A stretch of DNA of 64,000 nucleotides, taken from NCBI GenBank assembly GCA_963820665.1, contig CAWGAL010000002.1, positions 8,598-72,597 of the forward strand, given 5' to 3'. The translations under genes and the position numbers were made by a program. The notes beneath the pieces are model-generated. The model saw only the letters and a list, made by a program, of their open reading frames with translations, made no database searches and was not told the origin of the DNA. The DNA comes from an uncultured Solirubrobacterales bacterium. Lineage in GTDB: Bacteria > Actinomycetota > Thermoleophilia > Solirubrobacterales > 70-9. Shown here piece after piece: positions 38,397 through 48,210 of the stretch. The first letter of the stretch is position 1. Every line of letters starts with the position of its first letter.

Positions 38397-39332
38397 TCAG
38401 ACCGTCCCGCTCTCAAAGCCAGTGACGAGAGCTCGATACGTCTCCGGCACCCCGAGCTCGAGTGGTACCTCGGCTTTCCAGCCAAGGTCTGCCGCCGCCT
38501 TCTCGGGGTCGATGCAGGAGCGCTCGAGCTCTCCGTCGCGAAGCGGGGCGAGCTCCGGCTCGCTATCGATGCCGGCTTCAGCTCGCAGCAGGTCGAAGAT
38601 CTCCTGGACCGGCGCTTCGCGGCCAGTTGCCAAATTGAACACGCCGTCCACGCCTGAGGCCCGCACGAGGCCTTCGACGACGTCGCTGACGTGCACGTAG
38701 TCTCGGGTGGGCTTGCCGTCGCCGTACAGTGTCGCCCGCTGCCCGGACCAGAGTCTGTGGCTGAGGATCGCGACGACCCCTGCTTCGCCATGAGGGCTCT
38801 GGCGCGGTCCGTAGACGTTGCCGAGTCTGCAAACGGCGTGGGCCTGCCCGGCGGCCGCGGCCCAGGTCCGAAGGTAGGCCTCGCCTGCCCATTTGGAGGC
38901 GCCGTAGGGTGCCAGTGGCGCGGGCGGCTGCGTCTCCGGAGTCGGCATCGGCGCGTCGTCGCCGTAAAGCGCTCCGCCGGTTGAGGTGAAGACGACGGGG
39001 GCGGCGTGCTCGCGAGCGATCTGGAGCACGTTGAGCGTGCCCTTGACGTTGACATCGCAATCGCGCCACGGATCGGCGACCGAAACGGTGACCACCGACT
39101 GCGCTCCAAGGTGGAAGATGCGCTCAGGCTTGACGGCGTTCGCCAGCGCCTTTAGCCCTTCGAAGTCCACGATGTCGAGCTCCTCGAGCTCCGCCTCGGC
39201 GGAAACCCGCTCTCGGATCCCGGTCGAGAGGTCGTCGACGGCGATCACGCGGTAGCCATCAGCGAGCAGCCGGTCGACCAGATGCGAGCCGATGAACCCT
39301 GCGCCCCCAGTCACGATCGCGGCCGGCATCAT
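38397..39332 (-). CDS. NAD-dependent sugar-nucleotide epimerase/dehydratase (GalE-like)
   Basis: From ATG 39332: MMPAAIVTGGAGFIGSHLVDRLL (GxxGxxG), a YGASKWAGE catalytic YxxxK, and an SDR-extended fold. Confidence 0.85.
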   Translation of the reverse strand: MMPAAIVTGGAGFIGSHLVDRLLADGYRVIAVDDLSTGIRERVSAEAELEELDIVDFEGLKALANAVKPERIFHLGAQSVVTVSVADPWRDCDVNVKGTLNVLQIAREHAAPVVFTSTGGALYGDDAPMPTPETQPPAPLAPYGASKWAGEAYLRTWAAAAGQAHAVCRLGNVYGPRQSPHGEAGVVAILSHRLWSGQRATLYGDGKPTRDYVHVSDVVEGLVRASGVDGVFNLATGREAPVQEIFDLLRAEAGIDSEPELAPLRDGELERSCIDPEKAAADLGWKAEVPLELGVPETYRALVTGFESGTV

Positions 39333-39339
39333 GGGAAAG

Positions 39340-40547
39340 CTACAGACAACCCGCCAGCACCCGCTCGAGCCTCTCGATGCCGCGATCGCGCAGGTTGTCG
39401 GCGGCGAAGCTCCGCGCGCTTCGCGAAAGCTCCTTCGACCTAGCCGGTTCCCTGCGAAGCAAGGCGATGGCGTCCGCGAGCGCCCTCGCATCCCCGGGTG
39501 GGACCGGGACCCCGGCGTCCCATTCGGCGACGAGACGCTGCGGCTCTCCCGCGGCGGCGACCAAGACCGGTCGACCTAGCGCACAGTAGTCGAATAGCTT
39601 CGAAGGAACGAACTTCTCCAGCTCGGGCTGGGCCCCGAGCGGGACCAGCAGTGCGTCGCAGGCGCGCAGCACCGCCGCCGCCTCGGCTGGCTCGATGAGC
39701 GAGCGAAACTCCACGGCTGCTCCAGGCAGCTCGGCCGCCCTCGCCCGCACAGCGTCGAGCCTGGGCCCTGCCCCGATGACGAGCAGCCGGAACCCCTCTC
39801 CAGCATCGCGGCGGCTTCGACCGCGAACTCCAAGCCCTGGCCGATTCCGACGTTGCCGCCATAGGCCCAAACGAACTCGCCCGCCGCCAGGCTGGCCGCA
39901 GCGCGATCGGGTTCGCGCGCTCCCGCGTCGAGCCACACCTCGGTAGTCCCGTTGGGAATCACGGTCAGCTTGCGCGGCTCGCCGCCCACGGATGCGATCT
40001 GTTCGCGGAACGGCTCGGTCACCGTGACGATCGCCGCGGCGCTGCGGTAGAGCCGGCGCTCGAGGCGCTCGGCCGCACGAATCGCGCGTTCGCCGCTGAG
40101 CTCTCCGAGCACGACGGCTGCCTCGGGCCAGAGATCGCGCACGTCGAAGACCCAGGGAACCCGGTGCCGTCGCGCGATCGTGGCGGCGGCCACTCCGACT
40201 GGAAGCGGCGGCGAGGACGTGAGCACCACATCCGGGCGCGCCATCTGGAACCCCGCCACGACGGCGGAGGCCGCGAAGCTGCCATAGGCCAGCAGCCGGT
40301 TGACCGTCGTCTTGTCGGGCCGCGCGCGGATCCAGACGTGGCTCACCCTCACCCCACCGCCCTCCCGCACGACTAGGCGCTTGCCGTGGTAGCCCTCGGC
40401 GATCACGCCGCTTGGATGATTGGGAAGCGCGCAGATCACCTCGACCTCATGGCCGCGCCCGGCCAAGCCTTCTGCGAAAGCTTGGACCCGCGCGACCGCC
40501 GCGGTCACCTCCGGGACGTAGTGCTGGCTGACGATCAGGATGCGCAC
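39340..40547 (-). pseudogene. GT4 glycosyltransferase (WbuB-like); one frame change near 39790
   Basis: N-domain MRILIVSQHYVPEVTAAVARVQAFAEGLAGRGHEV (ORF 39576-40547). C-domain FRLLVIGAGPRLDAV...FVPSKLFDYCALGRPVLVAAAGE (ORF 39340-39936). Confidence 0.75.
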
Positions 40548-40553
40548 GTGCTC

Positions 40554-42461
40554 TCAGGGACGCCGGACCTGGGCGTCGTCCGCGCCTCCCGAACGGCCGT
40601 GTTTGTCGAGCCAAAGCGAGAGCGTAACGAGGCCCCAGATGTTGCGGCTCAGCTCGTCCCGTCCTGAGACGTGCGTCTCGAGTGTCGCCATTACGGCCTC
40701 GGGGTCGAGGTACCCTTGCGAGCGGATACGCTCGTTGCGAGAGCACCTCACGGGCGAACGGCAGTAGCGGCCCGCGGAACCAGGCGGCCGCCGGCACCGC
40801 GAAACCTCGCTTGCGGCCTTTGACGATCTCCCGCGGGAGCAGCGGGGCGACAGCGCGGCGAAAGAGACGCTTTTTTGCCAGCCCCCTGACTTTGTGGCGG
40901 GCGGGCAGCGCAAGCGCCAGATCGGCGCACGGCAGGGTCGAGGAATGGGACGCGGGACTCCAGCGAGTGGGCCATGCTGGCGCGGTCGATCTTGACCAGG
41001 ATGTCGTCGACCAGGTAGGTGCCCATGTCGATGTCCTGCATGCGGCTCAGGTGCTCGGCGCCTTCCGTCTCGTAGTAGCGGCGGCGGTGCAGCCGCAGCG
41101 GGTCCGATTCCTCCGCAGGTAGGCGCTGCGCCATCAGCTCGGCGCGCGCCTCGGGCGAGAACACCTGGCTCCACGCGGCGTGACGGTCGACGACCGGCAG
41201 GTGCGAGCCGCGTGCGAAGCGCTTCACCCGGTCGTCGAGGCGACGGCTGGTGGCAGTTCCGGGCAGGCGCTCGACAAGGGGGCGAACGGCGCTCGCGACC
41301 CGGCCGATCCGCGGAGCCATGACGTCGCCGACATACCAGTAGTAGCCCCCGAAGAGCTCATCCCCCCCCTCGCCCGAGAGCACGACCTTGACATGCTCGG
41401 CTGCAAGCTGGCTGACGAGGTAGGTCGGCAACGCGGAGTTGTCGGCGAAGGGCTCGTCGAAGACCTCCACGATCTTCGGAAGCAGCTCGTGCGAGTCCGG
41501 ACGGACGACGAGCTCGTGGTGGTCGGTGCCGAAGCGGCGCGCCACCAGCCGCGCGTTGTCCATCTCCGAGAAGCCGGCCTCGTCGAAGCCGATCGTGAAC
41601 GTCTTCACGGGCTCCTCGGATTCGCGGCTGGCGAGCGCGGTGAGCACGCCCGAGTCAATCCCCCCCGAGAGCAGGACGCCGACCGGGACGTCGGAGACGA
41701 GATGCGCTCTGACGGAGTCCTGGAGCCGCTCGCGCAACTCGGCCTCGAGCTCCGCGGCGCTCTCGGAGCGAACCTCGGACGCCGAAGCCGGGCGCGGTCG
41801 TGCGTACTGGACGATCTCGCTGCGCCCTTCGTGGTGGACGAGCAGGCAGCCGGCGGGCAGCTTGCGCGCCTCGCGGAAGATCGACATCGGCGTCGGCACG
41901 AAGTTGAAGGCGAGGTACGCCTCGAGCGCCTCGAGATCGAGCTCGCGCGAGAAGTCCGGCTGCCGGACCAGCGCCTTCAGCTCCGAGGCGAACGAGAGCG
42001 AAGCTGCGACCTCGCGGTAGTAGAGCGGCTTGATCCCGAAACTGTCCCGCGCCAACACCAGGCGTCGGCGCGGAAGATCCCAGAGAGCGATCGCGAACAT
42101 GCCCCGTAGGCGCTCGACGAAGTCGGGGACCCTCGTCCTCGTAGAGGTGCACGAGCACCTCGGTGTCGGAGCCCGTCCGAAGCTCGTGCCCACGCGCACG
42201 CAGCTCCGCTGCCAGCTCACGGTAGTTGTAGATCTCACCGTTCTGGATCACCTGGACGGTGCCGTCCTCGTTGCCGATCGGCTGGTCGCCGCCGGCGAGA
42301 TCGATGATCGAGAGACGGCGCATCGCCAGCCCTACGGGTCCCTCGAGGAAGCTGCCGTCGCTGTCGGGGCCACGGTGCCTCAGCGCCTCGTTCATCGACT
42401 CGAGCACACCGCGGTCGGGCGCGCTGCCGTCCAGCCTGAGCATTCCGCAGATCCCGCACAT
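40554..42461 (-). pseudogene. asparagine synthase (glutamine-hydrolysing)-family amidotransferase; 3 frame changes (approx 42128, 40930, 40740)
   Basis: MCGICGMLRLDG (Ntn Cys2) and the GATase domain are in ORF 41655-42527. The synthetase domain is in ORF 40748-42238 (VGVLLSGGIDSGVLTALA, VVLSGEGGDELFGGYYWY). The C-terminal pieces are in ORFs 40447-40797 and 40554-41174. Confidence 0.8.
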
Positions 42462-42471
42462 TTCGTAGACC

Positions 42472-43599
42472 CTAGGCGGAGCCGGGTGCCGAGATGAACG
42501 CGGCGACCCGTTCGCTCTCGGACTCAATCGTCGTCCGCCCCGCCAGCTCCAGCGCCCGCGACGCCAGCGCGCCCCGCAGCTTTGGGTCGGCCGCGAGCCG
42601 GCGGATCGCCGCCGTCAGGGCGGCGGGGTCGCCGGGCGCCACCAACATCCCCGCCTCGCCGCTACCCAGGGCCTCCCTCACTCCGCCGACGTCCGTGGCG
42701 ACGATCGGCAGCCCCGACCCCATCGCCTCGAGGATGACGCCGGGCACGCCCTCGGTGAGCGAGACGTGAACGAACGCGTCGGTTTCCTGATACAGGTCAA
42801 CGAGGCCGCCTTCGAACGGAACGAAGCCCGGCAATGTGAGCAGGGGCGAAACACCCGCGGCCCGCGCCGCCTCGCGCATCGGGTCCGCGAGCGGTCCCTC
42901 GCCCGCCCAGGTGAGGACGAAGCCAGAGCCAGGGCCGCGGTTCAACTCAGCGAGGGCCGTGACCGCCAGCAGGGGGTTCTTCTCAGCCGCCAGCCGCCCG
43001 ACAGAGAGCAGCCTGACCGGGTCGCCCCACGCCTCGCCGCGCGGCTCCCGTGCAAGGTGGGCTCGATCGAGCTGCGTGACGCGCATGTCGAGCACGTTGG
43101 CGCGCGGTGCACCGTAGTGCTCGGCGATCTCTGCCCCGACGACCGTGGTCCGGGCGCGGCGGCCGATCAGGCGAAAGCAGAGATCGAGCGCTCGAAGCGG
43201 CAGCAGCAGCGGAGCCCAGCGCGCGCTCGGCAGGCGGCTGCGGAAGTAGCGCGGCGAGTCCTGGCGAATCAGCAGGACGACGCGGCGCCGGCGCAGGCCG
43301 GCGAGCACGGCCATCACCAGTCCGAGCGGATTGACGCCCGACACCCAGACCGCATCGAGCTCATCGAGCGCTCGCCACATCTGCCGCACGGTCGCCGGAA
43401 GCGCTGCGAGCACGCGACCGATGCTCCGCAGGCTCGGATAGTGGGGCAGCGGCACGAGCTCGATTTCGCTCGCCAGCACCTCCCAGTCGGCTGCGTCCTC
43501 CGCCGTGCCGATCCGCGCGATCACCGCGAAGCGCTCGAACCTGGAGCCGACCGCGCCGGCGAACCGCATGAAGCCGAGCAGCTCGTCCCCACACAGCAC
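42472..43599 (-). CDS. GT4 glycosyltransferase
   Basis: 375-aa ORF with the C-domain LLSVGRLAAEKNPLL...HVSLTEGVPGVILEAMGSGLPIVATDVGG. GT4-like sequence (IRRLGLFVDATFR) continues upstream of the GTG at 43599 to approx 43650 without a canonical start, so the 5' end is uncertain. Confidence 0.8.
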   Translation of the reverse strand: MLCGDELLGFMRFAGAVGSRFERFAVIARIGTAEDAADWEVLASEIELVPLPHYPSLRSIGRVLAALPATVRQMWRALDELDAVWVSGVNPLGLVMAVLAGLRRRRVVLLIRQDSPRYFRSRLPSARWAPLLLPLRALDLCFRLIGRRARTTVVGAEIAEHYGAPRANVLDMRVTQLDRAHLAREPRGEAWGDPVRLLSVGRLAAEKNPLLAVTALAELNRGPGSGFVLTWAGEGPLADPMREAARAAGVSPLLTLPGFVPFEGGLVDLYQETDAFVHVSLTEGVPGVILEAMGSGLPIVATDVGGVREALGSGEAGMLVAPGDPAALTAAIRRLAADPKLRGALASRALELAGRTTIESESERVAAFISAPGSA

Positions 43600-43699
43600 G
43601 CGGGGAGGGTCTCCCTCGGCGCGGAACGTGGCGTCGACGAAAAGCCCGAGGCGCCGGATCTCGGAGGTCCCTCTCAGCTTGTTCCCTCGGAGGCCGCCG

Positions 43700-43942
43700 C
43701 TATTCGCCGAGCCCGCTGCTGCCGCTGGGCGGAGCGACCCCGCCGTCGCCCGAACTGGTCTCGGTCGGCGGCGCCTGGGTCTCGGTCGACTGCGTCGGTG
43801 GCTGCGTCTCGGTCACGGTGGGTTGGGAGGTCGTGGTCGTCTCGTCCTCGGCGTCGTCGCCCGCTACGACCGCGAGCCCTACCGCGAGGCCGATTACGAG
43901 TGCCAGCAGCAGCCCGATGATCCATCTGGCGTTGGTGCTCAT
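43700..43942 (-). CDS. small N-terminally anchored Thr/Pro/Glu/Gln-rich protein
   Basis: 80-aa ORF: MSTNARWIIGLLLALVIGLAVGLAVVAG (TM) followed by DDAEDETTTTSQPTVTETQPPTQSTETQAPPTETSSGDGGVAPPSGSSGLGE. Confidence 0.45.
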   Translation of the reverse strand: MSTNARWIIGLLLALVIGLAVGLAVVAGDDAEDETTTTSQPTVTETQPPTQSTETQAPPTETSSGDGGVAPPSGSSGLGE

Positions 43943-43953
43943 CGGGGCGAAAG

Positions 43954-45129
43954 CTATCCAAGCGCCCGGCCGACTTTTTCCACGGCCTCGTCGATGTCAC
44001 CCTCGTCGACGATCAGCGGCGGCAGCATCCGCAGCGTGTCCTGCGCCGGGACGTTGACGATCAGCCCATCCGCAAGCAACCGCGCGCCGACGTCGGCCGC
44101 GTCGAGCCCGTCGGCGAGCCGTGCGCCGACCATCAGACCCCGGCCGCGAACCTCGGCGACCGCGTCGAGCCCCTCGAGGCCCTCGCGCAGCCGCCCGCCG
44201 AGCTCTCGCACCCGACGGAGCAGGTCCGGGTCGTCGACGACGTCCAGGGTCGCGAGCGCAGCGGCGGCGACCAGCGGGCCGCCGGCGAAGGTCGAACCGT
44301 GGTCGCCGGGCTGCAGGACCTCGCTGAACTCGGGGGCCGCGATGCACGCTCCGGCGGGCAGGCCGCCGCCGAGCGCCTTCGCGGTGGTGATCACGTCGGG
44401 GCGCACGGGCAGCTGCTCGTAGGCCCACAGTGACCCCGTCCTTCCCATCCCCGCCTGGATCTCGTCGAGCACGAGCAGGGCACCGGTGGCATCGCAGGCC
44501 TCGCGGGCGGCGGCGAGCATCGGGTCGGAGATCACGTGGATCCCGGCCTCGCCCTGGATCGGCTCGATCAGCACCGCCGCGGTGCGCTCGCCGACCGCGG
44601 CGCGAAGAGCATCGGGGTCGTCGCGCGGCACGGCGACGAAGCCCGGCAGGTAGGGAGAGAAGCTCGGGTTCGCGGCCATCCCCGGCGTCGCCGAGACGGC
44701 GCCCATCGTGCGACCGTGGAACGCACTCTCGAGCACGACGATCTCGGGCTCGTCGATGTCGCGCCCGTGCGCGTGCTTTCGCGTCAGCTTGATCGCGCAC
44801 TCGTTGGCCTCGGCCCCGGAGTTGCAGAGGAACGCGCGGCCGCCGAGGCTCGACTCGCACAGCCGCTGCGCGAGGCGCACCGAGCCCTCGGTGAAGTAGA
44901 GGTTCGATACGTGGGTGAGGGTGCCGGCCTGCTCGCGGACCGCGGCGACCACGGCCGGATGGCAGTGCCCGACCGAGCAGACCGAGATCCCGGCGAGGAA
45001 GTCGAGGTACTCCCTGCCATCCGAGTCCCACAGGCGAGCCCCATCGCCGCGAACGAACTCGACGGGAGCCCGCTTGTACGTCGGCATCACCCATTGGGCC
45101 TCCAAGGCCTGAAGCTCGGCGAGCTTCAT
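43954..45129 (-). CDS. argD: acetylornithine aminotransferase
   Basis: 391-aa intact ORF, a class III PLP aminotransferase (FLCNSGAEANE, LVLDEIQAGMGRTG, ITTAKALGGG). Lies in the argCJBD block. Confidence 0.9.
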   Translation of the reverse strand: MKLAELQALEAQWVMPTYKRAPVEFVRGDGARLWDSDGREYLDFLAGISVCSVGHCHPAVVAAVREQAGTLTHVSNLYFTEGSVRLAQRLCESSLGGRAFLCNSGAEANECAIKLTRKHAHGRDIDEPEIVVLESAFHGRTMGAVSATPGMAANPSFSPYLPGFVAVPRDDPDALRAAVGERTAAVLIEPIQGEAGIHVISDPMLAAAREACDATGALLVLDEIQAGMGRTGSLWAYEQLPVRPDVITTAKALGGGLPAGACIAAPEFSEVLQPGDHGSTFAGGPLVAAAALATLDVVDDPDLLRRVRELGGRLREGLEGLDAVAEVRGRGLMVGARLADGLDAADVGARLLADGLIVNVPAQDTLRMLPPLIVDEGDIDEAVEKVGRALG

Positions 45130-45998
45130 CGCGCGGTGATCTTCGTGCCGATTCCCGCGTCGGTGAAGAGCTCGAGCAGCAGGTTGTGCGGCTTGCGGCC
45201 GTCGATGATGTGCGAAGCCTTCACGCCGCGGTTGACCGCGTCGACGCAGGCCGCGAGCTTGGGGCGCATCCCGCCCCCGACCCCCGCCAGGGCCTCCTCG
45301 ACCTCCGAGACCTGGGCCTGCGAGATGCGCGAGGTGGGGTCATCCGGATCTCGCATCCAGCCGTCGACGTCGGTCATGAAGATCACCTTGTCGGCGCGCA
45401 GCGCGGCGGCGACCTGCGCGGCGGCCTCGTCGGCGTTGATGTTGTACGAGCGGCCGTCGCCGTCGGTCCCGACCGACGAGATCACCGGGACGTAGTCCTC
45501 GGCGATGTGGTCGATGATGCCGACGTTCACGCGGTCGATCTGGCCGACAAGCCCGACCTGGGAATCGGGCACCTGGCGCACGTCGAAGAGCCCTCCGTCC
45601 TCGCCTCCGAGCCCGACGGCCGCCTGGCCGTGGCGCTTCAGCCGCGTGAGGATGTCGGAGTTGATCTTGCCGAGCAGCACCATCTTCGCCACCTCGACCG
45701 TCTGCTCGTCGGAGACGCGGAGGCCCTCGACGAACTTCACCTCCATCCCCATCTTCTCCATGTAGTGCGAGATCTCGGGTCCGCCGCCGTGCACGATCAC
45801 CGGGTTCATCCCGACGAACTTGAGCAGCGCGATGTCCGTGGCGAAGGCCTCCTTGAGGTCGTCCTCGCGCATCGCGGCGCCGCCGTACTTGATCACCACC
45901 GTGCGCCCGTGGAACTCACGGATGTAGGGCAGGGCCTCGAGCAGCGTCGCGACGCTGGTGTTGTCGGTCGGGATGGGTGCGTTGGGGTCGGTTGTCAC
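45126..45998 (-). CDS. argB: acetylglutamate kinase
   Basis: 290-aa intact ORF: TVVIKYGGAAM, NPVIVHGGGP, YNINADEAAAQVAAAL. Confidence 0.9.
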   Translation of the reverse strand: MTTDPNAPIPTDNTSVATLLEALPYIREFHGRTVVIKYGGAAMREDDLKEAFATDIALLKFVGMNPVIVHGGGPEISHYMEKMGMEVKFVEGLRVSDEQTVEVAKMVLLGKINSDILTRLKRHGQAAVGLGGEDGGLFDVRQVPDSQVGLVGQIDRVNVGIIDHIAEDYVPVISSVGTDGDGRSYNINADEAAAQVAAALRADKVIFMTDVDGWMRDPDDPTSRISQAQVSEVEEALAGVGGGMRPKLAACVDAVNRGVKASHIIDGRKPHNLLLELFTDAGIGTKITAR

Positions 45999-46011
45999 GT
46001 CGTGGTGGGCT

Positions 46012-47176
46012 TCAAGTCGTGTATTCCGCGTTGATGCGGACGTAGTCGTAGGTCAGGTCCGAGAAGTAGACATGCGCGCTCGAATCCCCGCGGGCGAGAG
46101 CGACCGAGAGCTCGGCCTCGGGCTCATCGCCTCCGAGCTCGGTCTCGATGTCCTCGGCGCCGAGCTCGTGCAGCTCCTCGCCGGCGAGGGCCATGCCGGC
46201 CGCCTGAGCGATCCGGCCCCAGTTGGGGTCGCGGCCGAACAGCGCGGTCTTCACGAGCGGCGAGTTGGCGATGGCCCGCGCGACGCGCTCGGCCTCGTCG
46301 GGGTCGCGTGCCTCGCGGACCTCGGCGCGGCCGACGCGCGATGGCGCCCTCGCCGTCGGCGACGATCTCGATCGCGAGCTGCAGCAGCACGGCGTCGAGC
46401 AGCCCGCCGGGCAGCGGCGCGCCCGCGACGCCCGAGGACTGCAGCACGACCATGTCGTTGGTGCTCATCTGGCCGTCGACGGTGATGCGCTCCATGGAGG
46501 GCGCGATGGCAGCGCGCAGGGCCGCCTCGGGATCCTCAACCACCGCGTCGGTCTGCACGAAGCACAGCATCGTCGCGAAGCCGGGCTCGATCATCCCCGC
46601 TCCCTTGGCCTGCGCCGAGACGGTGACCCCGCCGAGCCGAAGCGTGCACTGCTTGGGCCCGCGGTCGGTGGTCATGATCGAGCGCGTGAAGTCCACTCCC
46701 CCGCTCTCGCTCAGCGAGGCGGCCGCATCGCGGACGCCGCCGAGCAGCGAGTCGCGGTCGAGCGGCACGCCGATCACCCCCGTCTCGCCGATCGCCACCG
46801 CCGACGCGTCGAGGCCGAGCGCCTCGGCGGCCGCGTCGCGCATCGCGCGGGCGTCGGCCATGCCCCGCTCGCCGGTGGCGGCGTTGGCGTTCCCCGAGTT
46901 GACGGCGACCGCCCTGATCGCTGCGGCATCGGTGTCCTCCCGGCACACGCGCACCGGTGCGGCGGCGGCGGCGTTCGCGGTCAGCGCCATCGCCGAGTGC
47001 AGGTCGGGGGCGTCGCAGGCGACGATGCCGACGTCGGTCCCCCCTCCCGCCTTCAACCCGCAGGCGACGCCCGAGGCCCGAAACCCGGGTGCGAGCGTCG
47101 CGGGGTCGAGGTCCTCGACGCCCTCTGGGGCCTCCACCCAGCGAGAGCGCAGAAAGGGCTGAGCGGCGACGTTCAT
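46012..47176 (-). pseudogene. argJ: bifunctional ornithine acetyltransferase/N-acetylglutamate synthase; one frame change at approx 46254-46330
   Basis: N-terminal 283 aa are in ORF 46124-47176 (GFRASGVACGLK, NSGNANAATG, KGAGMIEPGFATMLCFVQTD with the autocleavage ATML site). The C-terminus is in ORF 46012-46254 ([19 protein letters not shown]...INAEYTT). Confidence 0.85.
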
Positions 47177-48210
47177 CGGGAGATCCCCTCGCCCTCGGGC
47201 AGCTCCAGCATCAGGTTCAGGTTCTGCACGGCCTGGGAGGCGGCGCCCTTCCAGAGGTTGTCGATGGCGGCGAAGGCCATCACCCGCCCCGAGTCCGGGT
47301 CGGCGCGAACGTGGACGCGGCAGTGGTTGGTCTCGCGGACGTCGGCGACTCCCGGGGGCTCGTCGACGACCTGCACGAACGGCTCGCTCGCGTAGCGCTC
47401 GGCGTAGAGCGTCGCGAGCCGCTCCGCGTTCACCGGCTCTGTGGTCGTCACGTAACAGCTCACGAGCTCGCCCTGGTCGAACGGCAGCAGGTGCGGCACG
47501 AAGGTGAGCGAAGCACCCGGGCTGCCGAGCCCCCGAAGCTCCTGCGCGATCTCGGGCGCATGCCGGTGCCCGGCGACACCGTAGGGGCGAGCGTCGTCGG
47601 TCGATTTCACGACCTCCATCTCCTCGACGGCGCCCCTGCCTGCGCCCGAGACACCCGACTTCGCGTCGATGATCACGTCATCGATCAGGCCCGCCTCTGC
47701 GAGCGGGGCCAGCGCCAGCACGCTCGCGGTCGGGTAACAGCCCGGGTTGGCGACCAGCTCGGCGGCGGCGATGCGCTCGCGGTTCAGCTCGGGCAGCCCG
47801 TACACCGCGCCGTCGAGCAGCTCGGGCTCGCCGTGGGGGCCGTACCAGCGCTCGTAGGTCGGGATGTCGCGCAGGCGGAAGTCGGCCGAGAGGTCGACGA
47901 CCTTGGCCCCGAGGCCGCGGAGCTCCGCCACGACCGGCGCCGAGGCGCCGTGCGGATAGGCGACGATCGCGGCGTCGACGTCGTCGGCCGCCTCGATGTC
48001 GAGCTCGGTGAGCGCCATCGGGACGGCGTGGCGAGGGTAGAGCTGGTCGAGGCGCGCGCCGGCGTCGCTGCGCGACGTCACCCGCGCGAGCTCGAGGCTC
48101 GGGTGGTTCCAGACAAGGTCCGCGGCCAGCGCGCCGGCGTAGCCCGAGGCGCCCGCGACGAGCACGCGGGCGACGGGGTCGCCGCTCTGGGGTTGCGCAC
48201 CGCTACTCAC
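47173..48210 (-). CDS. argC: N-acetyl-gamma-glutamyl-phosphate reductase
   Basis: 345-aa intact ORF: VLVAGASGYAG, NPGCYPTA (catalytic Cys), NLWKGAASQAVQNLN. Confidence 0.9.
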   Translation of the reverse strand: MSSGAQPQSGDPVARVLVAGASGYAGALAADLVWNHPSLELARVTSRSDAGARLDQLYPRHAVPMALTELDIEAADDVDAAIVAYPHGASAPVVAELRGLGAKVVDLSADFRLRDIPTYERWYGPHGEPELLDGAVYGLPELNRERIAAAELVANPGCYPTASVLALAPLAEAGLIDDVIIDAKSGVSGAGRGAVEEMEVVKSTDDARPYGVAGHRHAPEIAQELRGLGSPGASLTFVPHLLPFDQGELVSCYVTTTEPVNAERLATLYAERYASEPFVQVVDEPPGVADVRETNHCRVHVRADPDSGRVMAFAAIDNLWKGAASQAVQNLNLMLELPEGEGISR

